A stretch of DNA of 64,000 nucleotides from an uncultured bacterium (GTDB lineage Bacteria; Pseudomonadota; Gammaproteobacteria; Burkholderiales; SG8-39): assembly GCA_965233165.1 (NCBI GenBank), contig CBDDRX010000093.1, positions 21,528 to 85,527 on the forward strand, read 5' to 3'. A program made the position numbers and the translations under genes. Below are positions 35,020 to 47,616 of the stretch, piece after piece (within the stretch, counting starts at the first letter, position 1; the number at the start of each line of letters is the position of its first letter). The notes under the pieces were generated by a model, which was not told where the DNA came from, did no database searches, and saw nothing but the letters and a program-made list of their open reading frames with translations.

Positions 35020-36608
35020 GAATTTTTCTCTGGGAGGCGATAGTCGCGCATTTGCTGGCGCAGGGTGAGCTTGGAGAGCTTGCCGGTGGCGGTGTGGGGC
35101 AGCTCGGCGACGAATACCACGTCGTCGGGCATCCACCACTTGGTGATCTTGCCTTCGTAGAACGCGAGCAGCTCCTCCTTCGAGATTTCCTGCCCGGCCT
35201 TCCTGACCGCGAACACGACCGGGCGCTCGTCCCACTTCGGGTGCTTCACGCCGATCACCGCCGCCTCGGCGATCTTCGGGTGCGCCATGGCGATGTTCTC
35301 CAGGTCGATCGAGCTGATCCATTCGCCGCCGGACTTGATCACGTCCTTCGAGCGGTCGGTGATCTGCATGTAGCCGTCGGCATCCATGGTCGCGACGTCG
35401 CCGGTCGGGAACCAGCCGTCCCGGAGCGGATCGCCCCCCTCGCCCTTGAAGTAGCTGGCGATGACCCATGGGCCTTTCACCTGCAGGTCGCCGAAGGCCT
35501 TGCCGTCCCAGGGCAGGTCCTGGCCGTCCTCGCCGACGATGCGCATGTCCACGCCGAAGATCGCGCGGCCCTGCTTGTACTGCAGCGTCGTGCGCTCCTC
35601 GGCGGGCCATTTCCCGTGCTTCGCCTTGAACGTGGTGACCGTGCCGAGCGGGCTCATCTCGGTCATGCCCCAGGCGTGCAGGACGTTCACGCCGTACTCC
35701 TCCTGGAAGGCGCGGATCATCGCCGGCGGGCAGGCCGAGCCGCCGATCACGGTGCTCTTCAGCGTGGAGAACTTGAGCTTGTTCTCCTTCATGTAGTTGA
35801 GCAGCGCGAGCCAGACCGTCGGCACCCCGGCGCTCATCGTCACGCCCTCGGTCTCGAAGAGCGCGTGAATGCTCTTGCCGTCCAGGTGCGGGCCGGGGAA
35901 CACCAGCTTGGCGCCGGCGAGGGCGCAGGAGTACGGCAGCCCCCAGGCGTTGACGTGGAACATCGGCACCACCGGCAGCACGATGTCGCGCGCCGAGAGG
36001 TTCAGCGCGTCGGGCAGCGCCGCCGCGTAGGCGTGCAGCATCGTGGAGCGGTGCGAATAGAGCGCCCCCTTCGGGTTCCCGGTCGTCCCCGAGGTGTAGC
36101 ACAGGCAGGCCGCGGTGTTCTCGTCGAAGGACGGCCATGCGAAGGCGTCGGACGCCTTCGCGAGCAGCGCCTCGTACTCGTCCGCGAGCGCGATGAAGTG
36201 CTTCACGCTCTTCAGCTGCGGGCGCAGCTTCTCGACCAGCGGGGCGAACGTGGTGTCGTAGAAGAGGACCTGGTCCTCGGCGTGGTTCGCGATGTAGGCG
36301 ATCTGGTCGGGGAACAGGCGCGGGTTGATGGTGTGGATCACCGCCCCGGCGCCGGCGACGGCGTAGTAGATCTCGAAATGCCGGTAGCCGTTCCAGGCGA
36401 GCGTGGCGACGCGGTCGTGCCGCTTCACCCCGAGCTCCTTCAGCGCGTTGGCCAGCTTTCGCGCGCGCGCGTGCGCGGCGCTGTAGGTATAGCGGTGCAG
36501 GCTGCCATCGACGTTCTTCGAGACGATCTCGGTGTCGCCGTGATGGCGGTCGGCGTGCTGGAGCAGGCCGCTGATCAGCAGCGGCGCGTCCATCATCAGG
36601 CCTCGCAT
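35016..36608 (-). CDS. long-chain fatty acid--CoA ligase (AMP-binding)
   Basis: 530 aa with the AMP-binding motifs [11 protein letters not shown] and TGD...DRSKD. SD GAGGGA lies upstream of ATG 36608. Confidence 0.9.
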   Translation of the reverse strand: MRGLMMDAPLLISGLLQHADRHHGDTEIVSKNVDGSLHRYTYSAAHARARKLANALKELGVKRHDRVATLAWNGYRHFEIYYAVAGAGAVIHTINPRLFPDQIAYIANHAEDQVLFYDTTFAPLVEKLRPQLKSVKHFIALADEYEALLAKASDAFAWPSFDENTAACLCYTSGTTGNPKGALYSHRSTMLHAYAAALPDALNLSARDIVLPVVPMFHVNAWGLPYSCALAGAKLVFPGPHLDGKSIHALFETEGVTMSAGVPTVWLALLNYMKENKLKFSTLKSTVIGGSACPPAMIRAFQEEYGVNVLHAWGMTEMSPLGTVTTFKAKHGKWPAEERTTLQYKQGRAIFGVDMRIVGEDGQDLPWDGKAFGDLQVKGPWVIASYFKGEGGDPLRDGWFPTGDVATMDADGYMQITDRSKDVIKSGGEWISSIDLENIAMAHPKIAEAAVIGVKHPKWDERPVVFAVRKAGQEISKEELLAFYEGKITKWWMPDDVVFVAELPHTATGKLSKLTLRQQMRDYRLPEKNS

Positions 36609-36652
36609 GGAACGCTCCCTCGTTGGACAGCAAGGTAGTTTATCCTAGAGGG

Positions 36653-37579
36653 ATGAACTCCAAGGAAGTGCTGGCGCTGCTCGAGCTTCCGCTCACCGAG
36701 CTTCTCTATCGCGCGCAGACCGTGCATCGCGACCATTTCGATCCGGCCGAGATCCAGCTTTCCACCCTGCTGTCGGTCAAGACCGGCGGCTGCCCCGAGG
36801 ATTGCGCCTACTGCCCCCAGTCGCGCCGTTACGCCACCGGCGTCGAGGACGAGCCGCTGCTCGGGCTCGAAGAGGTGCTTTCCGCGGCGCGCGCGGCGAA
36901 GGCGCACGGCGCCACGCGCTTCTGCATGGGCGCCGCCTGGCGCACGCCGAAGGAGCGCGATCTGGAGCACGTCCTGCCCATGGTCGAAGGGGTCAAGGCG
37001 CTCGGCATGGAAACCTGCGTCACGCTCGGCATGCTCAAGCCCGGCCAGGCCGAGCGCCTGCGCGACGCGGGCCTCGACTACTACAACCATAACCTCGACA
37101 CCTCGCCCGAGTTCTACGGGCAGATCATCACCACGCGCGAGTACCGCGACCGCCTCGAGACCCTGGGCCGGGTGCGCTCGGCCGGGATCCGCGTGTGCTG
37201 CGGCGGCATCGTCGGCATGGGCGAGTCGCGTCGCGACCGCGCCGCGCTGATCGGCCAGCTCTCGAGCCTCGATCCCTATCCCGAGAGCGTGCCGATCAAC
37301 GACCTGATGCAGGTCGAGGGCACGCCGCTGCACGGCCGCGAGGCCTTCGACCCGATCGAGTTCGTGCGTACGGTGGCCGCGGCGCGGATCGCGATGCCGA
37401 AGGCGATGGTGCGCCTGTCCGCCGGTCGCGAGCGCATGTCCGACGCGGTGCAGGCGCTGTGCTACCTCGCCGGCGCGAACTCCGTGTTCTACGGGGAAAC
37501 GCTGCTGACGACGGAGAATCCCGAGATGGCCCGGGACCGCGAGCTCTTCGCGCGCCTGGGAATGAGACCCACCGCTTGA
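36653..37579 (+). CDS. bioB: biotin synthase
   Basis: Radical SAM motif [11 protein letters not shown] plus YNHNLDT and the [10 protein letters not shown] region. ATG 36653 gives an N-terminus of E. coli-like length. The track's TTG 36623 is the alternative start. Confidence 0.9.
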   Translation: MNSKEVLALLELPLTELLYRAQTVHRDHFDPAEIQLSTLLSVKTGGCPEDCAYCPQSRRYATGVEDEPLLGLEEVLSAARAAKAHGATRFCMGAAWRTPKERDLEHVLPMVEGVKALGMETCVTLGMLKPGQAERLRDAGLDYYNHNLDTSPEFYGQIITTREYRDRLETLGRVRSAGIRVCCGGIVGMGESRRDRAALIGQLSSLDPYPESVPINDLMQVEGTPLHGREAFDPIEFVRTVAAARIAMPKAMVRLSAGRERMSDAVQALCYLAGANSVFYGETLLTTENPEMARDRELFARLGMRPTA

Positions 37580-37595
37580 GAAACAGGAGTCCAGC

Positions 37596-39669
37596 ATGAG
37601 CGACGTCGCTCAATACACCATACGCGACGGCATCGCCGTCATCAGCCTGAACAATCCGCCGGTCAACGGCCTGGGCAATGCCCTGCGCGCCGGCATCATG
37701 GAAGGCCTGAAGAAGGCCGACGCCGACCCGGCGGTGCAAGCCGTCGTGATCATCGGCTCGGCGAAGGCCTTCTCCGGCGGCGCGGACATCCGCGAGTTCG
37801 GCAAGCCGCGCCTGCCGCCCGACCTGCCGGAGGTGAACGACCGGCAGGACGCGATGAAGAAGCCGCTCGTCGCCGCCATCGGCGGCTTCGCGCTCGGCGG
37901 CGGCCTCGAGCTCGCGCTCGGCTGCCACTACCGCGTCGCGCTGGCGAAGACGCAGCTCGGCCTGCCGGAGGTGAACCTCGGCATCCTGCCCGGCTCCGGC
38001 GGCACGCAGCGCCTGCCGCGCATGGTGCCGATGGCCGAGGCGGTGAAGATGATGACCACCGGCAAGGCGATCGGCGCCGACCAGGCGAAGAAGCTCGGCC
38101 TGGTGGACGCGATCGTCGAAGGCGACCTCCTGGAAGAAGGAATCAAGTTCGCGAAGTCCGTGATCGGCAAGCCCTTCACGCGGGTGCGCGACCGCAAGCC
38201 GCAGCTCGAGGGCGACCCGAAGGCGTTCTTCGCCGCGGTGCGCGAGCAGGTGGCGAAGGCGTCGAAGGGCTACCCGGCGCCGCTCAAGATCGTCGAGTGC
38301 ATCGAAGCCGCCGCGACGCAGCCCTTCGAGGAGGGGCGCAAGGTCGAGCGCGCCAACTTCACCTACCTCGTCGGCACCACGGAGTCGGCGGCGCTGCGCC
38401 ACATGTTCTTCTCCGAGCGCCAGACCGCGAAGATCCCCGACGTCCCGGAAGACACGCCCACCCGCGAGGTGAAGAAGGCCGCCGTGCTCGGCGCCGGCAC
38501 CATGGGCGGCGGGATCACGATGAGCCTGGTCAACGCCGGCATCCCGGTGACGATGATCGACACGAAGCAGGAAGCAGTCGACCGCGGGCTGAACACGATC
38601 AAGAAGAACTACGCCGCCACGGTGTCCAAGGGTCGCCTGAAGCAGGAGGACATGGACAAGAGAATCGCTCTCATAAAAACTTCCGTCTCCCTTGATGATG
38701 CAAAAGATGCAGACATCATCATCGAGGCGGTGTTCGAGCGCATGGACGTGAAGCAGGAGATCTTCAGGAAGCTCGACGCGCTGGCGAAGCCCGGCGCGAT
38801 CCTCGCCACCAACACCTCGACCCTGGACGTGGACCGGATCGCCGAGGCGACGAAGCGGCCGCAGGACGTGATCGGCACGCACTTCTTCTCGCCGGCCAAC
38901 GTGATGCGCCTGCTCGAGGTCGTGCGCGGGAAGAAGACGGCGAAAGACGTGCTTGCCACGACGATGAAGCTCGGCAAGGCGATCAAGAAGGTGCCCGTCG
39001 TCTCCGGCGTATGCGACGGCTTCATCGGCAACCGCATGATCGAGAAGTACGGCCAGCAGAGCCTGTTCCTGCTCGACGAAGGATGCTCGCCCCAGCAGGT
39101 CGACGCCGCGGCGCAGAAATGGGGGCTCGCGATGGGGCCCTTCGCGATGGGCGACATGGCCGGCCTGGACATCGGCTGGGAGATCCGCAAGCGCCGCTAC
39201 CAGGAGCGCCCGGACTTCGTCTACTCGAAGGTCGGCGACCGGATCGCCGAGCTCGGCCGCTTCGGGCAGAAGACGGGCAAGGGCTGGTACCTGTACGAGC
39301 CGGGGAACCGCAAGCCCATCCCGGATCCCGAAGTGGACAAGATCATTGCCCAGTACCGATCGGAGAACAACATCAAGACGCGAACGATTTCCGACGAGGA
39401 AATCGTGGAGCGGCTCGTCTATGCGCTGGTGAACGAAGGCGCGAAGATCCTGGAGGAAGGCATCGCCCTGCGCGCCTCCGACATCGACATGGTCTACCTC
39501 ACCGGCTACGGCTTCCCGCCCTACCGCGGCGGGCCGATGTTCTACGCGGACACCGTGGGCCTGCCGAAGGTCCTCGCTTCCATAGAGCAATTCCAGAAGG
39601 GCTACATGGGCGACGCGTGGAAGCCGGCGCCGCTTCTCGTGAAACTGGCGAAGGAAGGGAAGAAATTCA

Positions 39670-39677
<8 letters not shown>
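37596..39677 (+). CDS. bifunctional enoyl-CoA hydratase / 3-hydroxyacyl-CoA dehydrogenase (FadB/FadJ-type)
   Basis: 693 aa. N-terminal crotonase domain ([15 protein letters not shown]) and a central NAD Rossmann fold ([11 protein letters not shown]). SD AGGAG upstream. Confidence 0.9.
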
Positions 39678-40846
<1,169 letters not shown>

Positions 40847-40854
<8 letters not shown>

Positions 40855-41542
40855 GCTCCTCGCGCTCTTCCTGCTCGTTCCGGGCGGCGCGCACGCGCTC
40901 GAGAAGTGCATCGCGCCCGATGGCAGCGTGAGCTACGCCGACGTCTGCCCGCCCGGCACCCGGCACCAGCCCTCCAAGGTGGATCCGCAGCTCATTCCCA
41001 AGCCGAGCGGCACGCTGCCGCGCAAGCCCGCGGCCGCGCCTGCGCAGGGGGTTCCGGCGAAGACGGCGCGCGAAGCGGCCCCCCGGCCGGGCGCGCCGGT
41101 TCCGGACGACCTGCGCCTCGCGTATTACGCCGTCGAAGGCAGCAGCTTCGCGCGTGCGCGTAACGGTCCCCCAGAGCGGGCGACCGGTCCGGTCGAGGCC
41201 GCGTGGAAGCTCGGCTACGAGTACAAGCTGCGCCAGGGCTCGGGGCGCTGCGCGCTCGACTCGCTCGCCACCAAGCTCGAGCTGGTACTCACGCTGCCGC
41301 GCTGGACCCCGCCCGCCGGCACCCCCGAGGACGAGGCGGAGCTGTGGCAGCACTACGTCGAGGCTCTGCGCCTGCGCGAGGACGCGCGCCTCGAGCATGC
41401 GCGCGCCTTCGAGCGCGACCTCCCGGCGGCGCTGTTCGCCGTGCCGGCGGCCGAAACCTGCCCCGCCCTCGAGGCGGCGATGCAGGCCCGCTACGAAGCG
41501 CTACGCGCGCAGGCGCAGGCGCGCTTCGCCGACCATCGCTAA
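40847..41542 (+). CDS. secreted protein with DUF4124-like N-terminus
   Basis: 231 aa. TTG start overlaps the thiolase 3' end by 8 nt. Signal peptide (...GGAHA), then [15 protein letters not shown], a Pro/Ala-rich linker, and a C-terminal domain I could not assign. Confidence 0.6.
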
Positions 41543-41551
41543 GGAAACCTG

Positions 41552-42481
41552 ATGAAAATCGCCATCGTAGGAACCGGGGCCATGGGTTCCGTGTACGCCG
41601 GACTGCTCGCTTCCGCGGGGCATGAGATCTGGGCGATCGACGCCTGGCGCGAGCACGTCGAGGCGATGCGCGCGAACGGCCTGCGCCTGGAAGGCATTTC
41701 CGGCGACCGGACCGTGCGCGTGCACGCCACGAGCGACGCGAAGGACGCCGGCCCCTGCGACCTGGTGATCCTCGCCACCAAGGCCATGCACGTCTCTCAG
41801 GCCGCTTCAGCCATAAAGCAATTTCTTCTGAAAGCCGAAACGCCGGTCCTGTCGATCCAGAACGGGCTGGGCGGGCCCGACGCCGCCGCGTCGATCCTCG
41901 GCCGCGAGCGAGTGATGGTCGGCGTGGTCGGCGGCTTCGGCGCGTCGATGCGCGCGCCCGGCCACGCGCACCACAACGGCATGGAGCTCGTGCGCCTGGG
42001 CGAGTTCGGGGGCCCGATCACGCCGCGCCTGAAGGAAGTGGAAGCGGTGTGGAGCGGCGCGGGGTTCAAGGTCAAGGTGTTCGACGACATCGACCAGCTC
42101 GTCTGGGAGAAGCTGATCTGCAACTGCGCCTACTCGGGGCCGTGCGCGATCAGCGACGGCACGATCGCCGAAGTCATGGGCGACCCGGACCTCGCGCGCA
42201 TCTCCGCCGCCTGCGCGAGCGAGGCCTACGCGGTGGCGATGAAGAAGAACATCAAGCTCGGGTTCGCCGACCCGGTGGCCTACGTGCGGGACTTCGGCTC
42301 GAAGATCCCGAACGCGCGCCCCTCGGTGCTGCTCGACCTGATGCTGAAGAAGAAGTCGGAGATCGACGTGATCAACGGCTCGATCCCGCGCGTCGGCGCG
42401 CAGGTCGGCATGGCCGCCCCGGTCAACGAGGCGCTCACCCTGCTCGTGCGCGCCCGGGAGCGCCGCCTCGGATGCAAGTAG
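41552..42481 (+). CDS. 2-dehydropantoate 2-reductase family protein (PanE/ApbA-like)
   Basis: 309 aa with N-terminal IVGTGAMGS Rossmann motif and the ApbA-type motifs ILATKA, QNGLG and SVLLDL. SD AAGGAA upstream. Confidence 0.85.
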   Translation: MKIAIVGTGAMGSVYAGLLASAGHEIWAIDAWREHVEAMRANGLRLEGISGDRTVRVHATSDAKDAGPCDLVILATKAMHVSQAASAIKQFLLKAETPVLSIQNGLGGPDAAASILGRERVMVGVVGGFGASMRAPGHAHHNGMELVRLGEFGGPITPRLKEVEAVWSGAGFKVKVFDDIDQLVWEKLICNCAYSGPCAISDGTIAEVMGDPDLARISAACASEAYAVAMKKNIKLGFADPVAYVRDFGSKIPNARPSVLLDLMLKKKSEIDVINGSIPRVGAQVGMAAPVNEALTLLVRARERRLGCK

Positions 42482-42567
42482 TCCTCCCGGCTGCGCAAGG
42501 CGTCACCCGGGCGTAACAGCAGGCGCCTAAAAAGAGGCCGTACCCCACAAGCGACAAAGGGACGGCC

Positions 42568-42729
42568 ATGGAGCTGGACGACTTTCAGGACGACGCGCTG
42601 GAGTTCGACGACGACCTCGACGGCGACGAAGCCGACGAGTGGGATGAAGAAACCCTCGGGCTGGACTGGAACGAAGCCGACGCGCAGCGCGTGGTGCGGG
42701 ACGTGATCCCGAGCCGCTGGACCGACTAG
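42568..42729 (+). CDS. small highly acidic protein (53 aa)
   Basis: Below the ORF-track length cut-off. ATG 42568 with an AAGGGA SD-like element 6 nt upstream. G/C-ending codons throughout. 22 of 53 residues are D/E against 3 basic. TAG at 42727-42729. Confidence 0.5.
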   Translation: MELDDFQDDALEFDDDLDGDEADEWDEETLGLDWNEADAQRVVRDVIPSRWTD

Positions 42730-42750
42730 CAGGCCCCGCTCAGACCCCGC

Positions 42751-43832
42751 TTATACCCTGAGGGCCTTCAGCTTGAAGGCCGGAACGGCCTGCTGGAAGC
42801 CGCGCAGGGCGAGCGGCCCGATCGCCTCGGTCTCGGCGAGGTGCGCGATCTCGCGCTCGGTCTGCGCGTCGACGAGAATCTCCCCGGCGCGTGCCTCGCC
42901 GCACAGCCTTGCGGCGAGGTTCGGCACATTGCCGATCGCCGCGTACTCCCAGCGCTGCTCGAAGCCGATCACCCCGAGCGTCGCCTCGCCCTGCGCGATG
43001 CCGATGCCCAGGCCCACCGCATGCCCCTGCTTCTTCCAGGCGCGCGCGATCGGCGCGAACGCCTGCTGCAGCGCGTAGGCCATGCGCACGGCCTGCTCCC
43101 CCGGCCGCTCGACCGGGAAGGGGTCGTTGAAGAAGATCATCACCCCGTCGCCGGCGAAGTGCTCCAGGGTGCCGCCGGACTCCTCGACCATCCGGCCCAC
43201 CGTGGCGTGGTAGGCGCGCAGCAGCTCGACCAGCTCCTCCGGGTCGGAGCGGTCGGTGAAGGCGGTAAAGCCGCGCAGGTCGAGGAACACGGCGGTGATC
43301 TCCCGCCGGTGCGGCTTGAGGATGTCCTCGCCGCCCGCGACGATCGCCTCGGCGACCTGGCGGGAGAAGAAGCGCTTCAGCCGGCCAAGGCGCTCGAGCT
43401 GGGCGACCTGCTCGGCCACGCGCGCCTCGAGCTCCCGGTTCAACGTCTGGATCTCGTCCTGCAGCGCCTTCACGCGCAGGAGGCGCTTTACCCGGGCGAA
43501 CAGCTCCGCCCAGTTCACGGGCCGGGACAGGAAGTCGTCCGCCCCCGCCTCGATGCCCTTCACGCGCTCGATCTGCGGGTCGAGCGAGGTCACCAGGACG
43601 ACGGGCAGGAGCGCGGTGGCGCCCGCCGCGCGAATGCGCCGGCACAGCTCGTAGCCGTCCATGCCGGGCATCATGATGTCGGAGATGACCAGGTCCGGCG
43701 GGGTGCTGCGCACCTGCTCGAGCGCGGCCGCGCCGTCCAGCGCGAGGTCCACCTCGTAGCCGAGGTTGCGCAGGAGGCCCGCGACCATCTCCGCGTTGGT
43801 GCGCTGGTCGTCGACGACCAGGATGCGCTCTT

Positions 43833-43836
<4 letters not shown>
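42751..43836 (-). CDS. response regulator receiver - class III adenylate/guanylate cyclase
   Basis: Track ORF trimmed to ATG 43836. 361 aa. REC domain (VVDD...ISDIMMPGMDG), a coiled-coil linker, then a cyclase homology domain (FLDLRGFT, GDGVMIFF, GNVPNLAARL). Confidence 0.9.
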
Positions 43837-44954
<1,118 letters not shown>

Positions 44955-45003
44955 GCTAATCTCCATGGGTTCCGTTCTTTCGTCCGCAGTATAAGGATTT
45001 CCC

Positions 45004-46431
45004 ATGCAGATACGCGACAAGCTCTATATCAACGGGCGGTGGATCGCTCCGTCCTCCGCGCAGACCATCGAAGTCCACAACGCCGGCACCGGCGAAGTCA
45101 TGGGGCGGATTCCCGCGGCCGGCGAATGGGATATCGACGCGGCCGTCGCCGCCGCTCGCGGCGCGCTCGAGGCCTGGAGCGACACGCCCGCCGGGACGCG
45201 GGCCGAGTTTCTCGAGAAGGTGTCCGCCGGCCTGAAGGCGCGCAGCGACGAGCTCGCGAAGACCATCGCCCAGGAAGTCGGCATGCCGCTCAAGATGGCC
45301 GGGCGCATCCAGGCCGGACTGCCGATCGCGAACTTCGCGAACTACGCGGCGCTCCTCAGGAAGTACTCGTTCGAGGAGAAAGTGGGCAACTCGATCGTGG
45401 TGCGCGAGCCGGTCGGCGTGGTCGGCGCGATCACGCCCTGGAACTACCCGCTGCACCAGATCGCGCTCAAGGTGGCGCCGGCGCTCGCCGCGGGCTGCAC
45501 GGTGGTCCTCAAGCCCTCCGAGGTGGCGCCGTTCAACGCGTTCATCCTCGCCGAGGTGATGGAGGCGGCGGGCCTGCCGGCCGGCGTCTTCAACCTTGTC
45601 ACCGGCTTCGGCGTGCCGGCGGGCGAAGCGCTCGTCAGGCATCCCGGCGTCGACATGATCTCGTTCACCGGCTCGACGCGCGCCGGCAAGCGCATCTCGG
45701 AGCTTGCCGCGCAAGGCGTCAAGCGCGTCGCCCTGGAGCTCGGCGGCAAGAGCGCTTCCGTGATCCTCGACGACGCGGACCTCGCCGCCGCGGTAAAGGG
45801 CACGGTCAACGGCTGCTACCTCAATTCCGGCCAGACCTGCACCGCGCTGACCCGCATGCTGGTGCCCGATTCGCTCTACCCGGAAGCCGCGCGCCTGGCG
45901 GCCGAGGCCGCCAAGGGCTTCACCGTGGGCGACCCGCTCGCGGAAACGACGAAGCTCGGCCCGCTCACCTCGCAGGCGCAGCTCGAGCGCGTGCGCGGCT
46001 TCATCCGGAAAGGCATCGAAGAAGGCGCCGAGCTCCTCGCCGGCGGGCCGGACGCCCCGGAAGGCACGCCCAAGGGCGGCTACTACGTGAGGCCCACCGT
46101 CTTCGGCAAGGTGCGCAACGACATGACCATCGCGCAGGAGGAGATCTTCGGCCCGGTGCTCTCGATCATCCCGTACAAGGACGAGGACGATGCGATCCGC
46201 ATCGCCAACGATTCGATCTACGGCCTCGCCGGCGCGGTCTGGTCGAAGGACGACGCGCGCGCGCAGAGCGTGGCGCGGCGCATCCGCGCGGGGCAGATCG
46301 ACATCAACGGCGGCGCGTTCAACATGAACGCCCCGTTCGGCGGCTTCAAGCAATCCGGCCACGGCCGCGAGGCCGGGGTCTACGGGCTCGAGGAGTTCCT
46401 CGAGTACAAATCGCTGCAGCTGAAAGGCTGA
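45004..46431 (+). CDS. aldehyde dehydrogenase family protein
   Basis: 475 aa with ITPWNYP, FTGST, the catalytic LELGGKS, and a Cys region (SGQTCTA). SD AGGA upstream. Confidence 0.9.
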   Translation: MQIRDKLYINGRWIAPSSAQTIEVHNAGTGEVMGRIPAAGEWDIDAAVAAARGALEAWSDTPAGTRAEFLEKVSAGLKARSDELAKTIAQEVGMPLKMAGRIQAGLPIANFANYAALLRKYSFEEKVGNSIVVREPVGVVGAITPWNYPLHQIALKVAPALAAGCTVVLKPSEVAPFNAFILAEVMEAAGLPAGVFNLVTGFGVPAGEALVRHPGVDMISFTGSTRAGKRISELAAQGVKRVALELGGKSASVILDDADLAAAVKGTVNGCYLNSGQTCTALTRMLVPDSLYPEAARLAAEAAKGFTVGDPLAETTKLGPLTSQAQLERVRGFIRKGIEEGAELLAGGPDAPEGTPKGGYYVRPTVFGKVRNDMTIAQEEIFGPVLSIIPYKDEDDAIRIANDSIYGLAGAVWSKDDARAQSVARRIRAGQIDINGGAFNMNAPFGGFKQSGHGREAGVYGLEEFLEYKSLQLKG

Positions 46432-46432
46432 T

Positions 46433-47209
46433 ATGAAGGTCCAGGACCTGTTGAACCTCCAGGGCAAGGCCGCGCTGATCACCGGCGGCTCGCGCGGGCT
46501 GGGACTGCAGATGGCGGAAGCGCTCGGCGAGATGGGCGCCCGCGTCGCCATCACTGCGCGCAAGAAGGATGAACTGGATCTTGCAATCTCACATTTGAAA
46601 TCCCTGGGGATCGAAGCACGGGCATATGTATGCGACCTCGGCAAGCGCGAGCAGGTGGTTCCGCTCGCCGACGCGGCGCTGAAGGACTTCGGCCGCATCG
46701 ACATCCTGGTGAACAACGCCGGCGCGACCTGGGGCGCCCCGGCCGAAGACCATCCGATCGAAGCCTGGGACAAGCTCGTCAACCTGAACCTCACCGGCGC
46801 CTTCCTGCTTTCGCAGCAGGTCGCGAAGCGCTCGATGATCCCGAACCGGTGGGGCCGCATCATCAATACCGCGTCGGTGGCCGGGCTCACCGCGAGCGAC
46901 CCGCGCGTGGTGAAGACGGTCGCCTACAACGCCACCAAGCACGGCCTGATCGGCCTGACGCGGCAGTGCGCGGCGGAATGGGGCGAGCACGGCATCACCG
47001 TCAACGCGATCTGCCCGGGCTTCTTCCCGTCCAAGATGACGCGCGCCACGCTGGATACGGCCGGCAAGGCGGTCCTGGAAGTCACGCCGACGCGCCGGCT
47101 CGGCAACGACGAGGACCTGAAGGGCCTTGCGGTGCTGCTCGCTTCCGAGGCGTCGCGCCACATCACCGGCCAGGCGATCGCGGTCGACGGCGGCGCGACG
47201 ATCCTGTGA
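46433..47209 (+). CDS. SDR family oxidoreductase (gluconate 5-dehydrogenase-like)
   Basis: 258 aa with TGGSRGLG, NNAG and YNATKHG. Confidence 0.9.
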   Translation: MKVQDLLNLQGKAALITGGSRGLGLQMAEALGEMGARVAITARKKDELDLAISHLKSLGIEARAYVCDLGKREQVVPLADAALKDFGRIDILVNNAGATWGAPAEDHPIEAWDKLVNLNLTGAFLLSQQVAKRSMIPNRWGRIINTASVAGLTASDPRVVKTVAYNATKHGLIGLTRQCAAEWGEHGITVNAICPGFFPSKMTRATLDTAGKAVLEVTPTRRLGNDEDLKGLAVLLASEASRHITGQAIAVDGGATIL

Positions 47210-47616
47210 TGGAAGTCGAGCACGCAAGGGCGTACCAGAAGAAGATCCCCTTCGTCGCGCACCTGAAGATCCTCACCGAGGCGCTCGGCGAAGGCACCGC
47301 CCGGCTGTCGATGCCGGTGGAAGGCCACCTGATGAACAGCCTCGGCACGGCGCACGGGGGCGTGATCATGTCGCTGCTCGACGTGGCGCTGTGCACCGCG
47401 GCGCGCACGCTGCATCCGGACTCGATCGGCGTGGTCACCATCGACCTCAGCACTTCGTTCATCGGCGGCGCGACCGGCGCCAGGCTCTTCGCCGAGGCGC
47501 GCGTGATGAAGGACGGGCGCAGCATGAGCTTCGTCGAGGCGGAGGCGAAGAACGACGACGGCTCGCTCGTCGCGAAGGCGATCGCTACCGTGCGCGTGCG
47601 CCTGAAGGGAACATGA
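47209..47616 (+). CDS. PaaI-family hot-dog thioesterase
   Basis: In-frame tail of track ORF 46630..47616. ATG 47209 overlaps the SDR stop as TGATG. 135 aa with the motif GTAHGGVIMSLLD. Confidence 0.8.
   Translation: MEVEHARAYQKKIPFVAHLKILTEALGEGTARLSMPVEGHLMNSLGTAHGGVIMSLLDVALCTAARTLHPDSIGVVTIDLSTSFIGGATGARLFAEARVMKDGRSMSFVEAEAKNDDGSLVAKAIATVRVRLKGT

Noticed and set aside
30550-36633. 847-aa and 790-aa ORFs (30550..33093 and 34261..36633), and likewise 60196..63036, as giant fusion proteins
   Set aside because: The N-terminal parts are read-through across upstream genes in a different frame and are low-complexity Arg/Pro/Gly. Real domains begin at internal starts that coincide with the upstream genes' stop codons.
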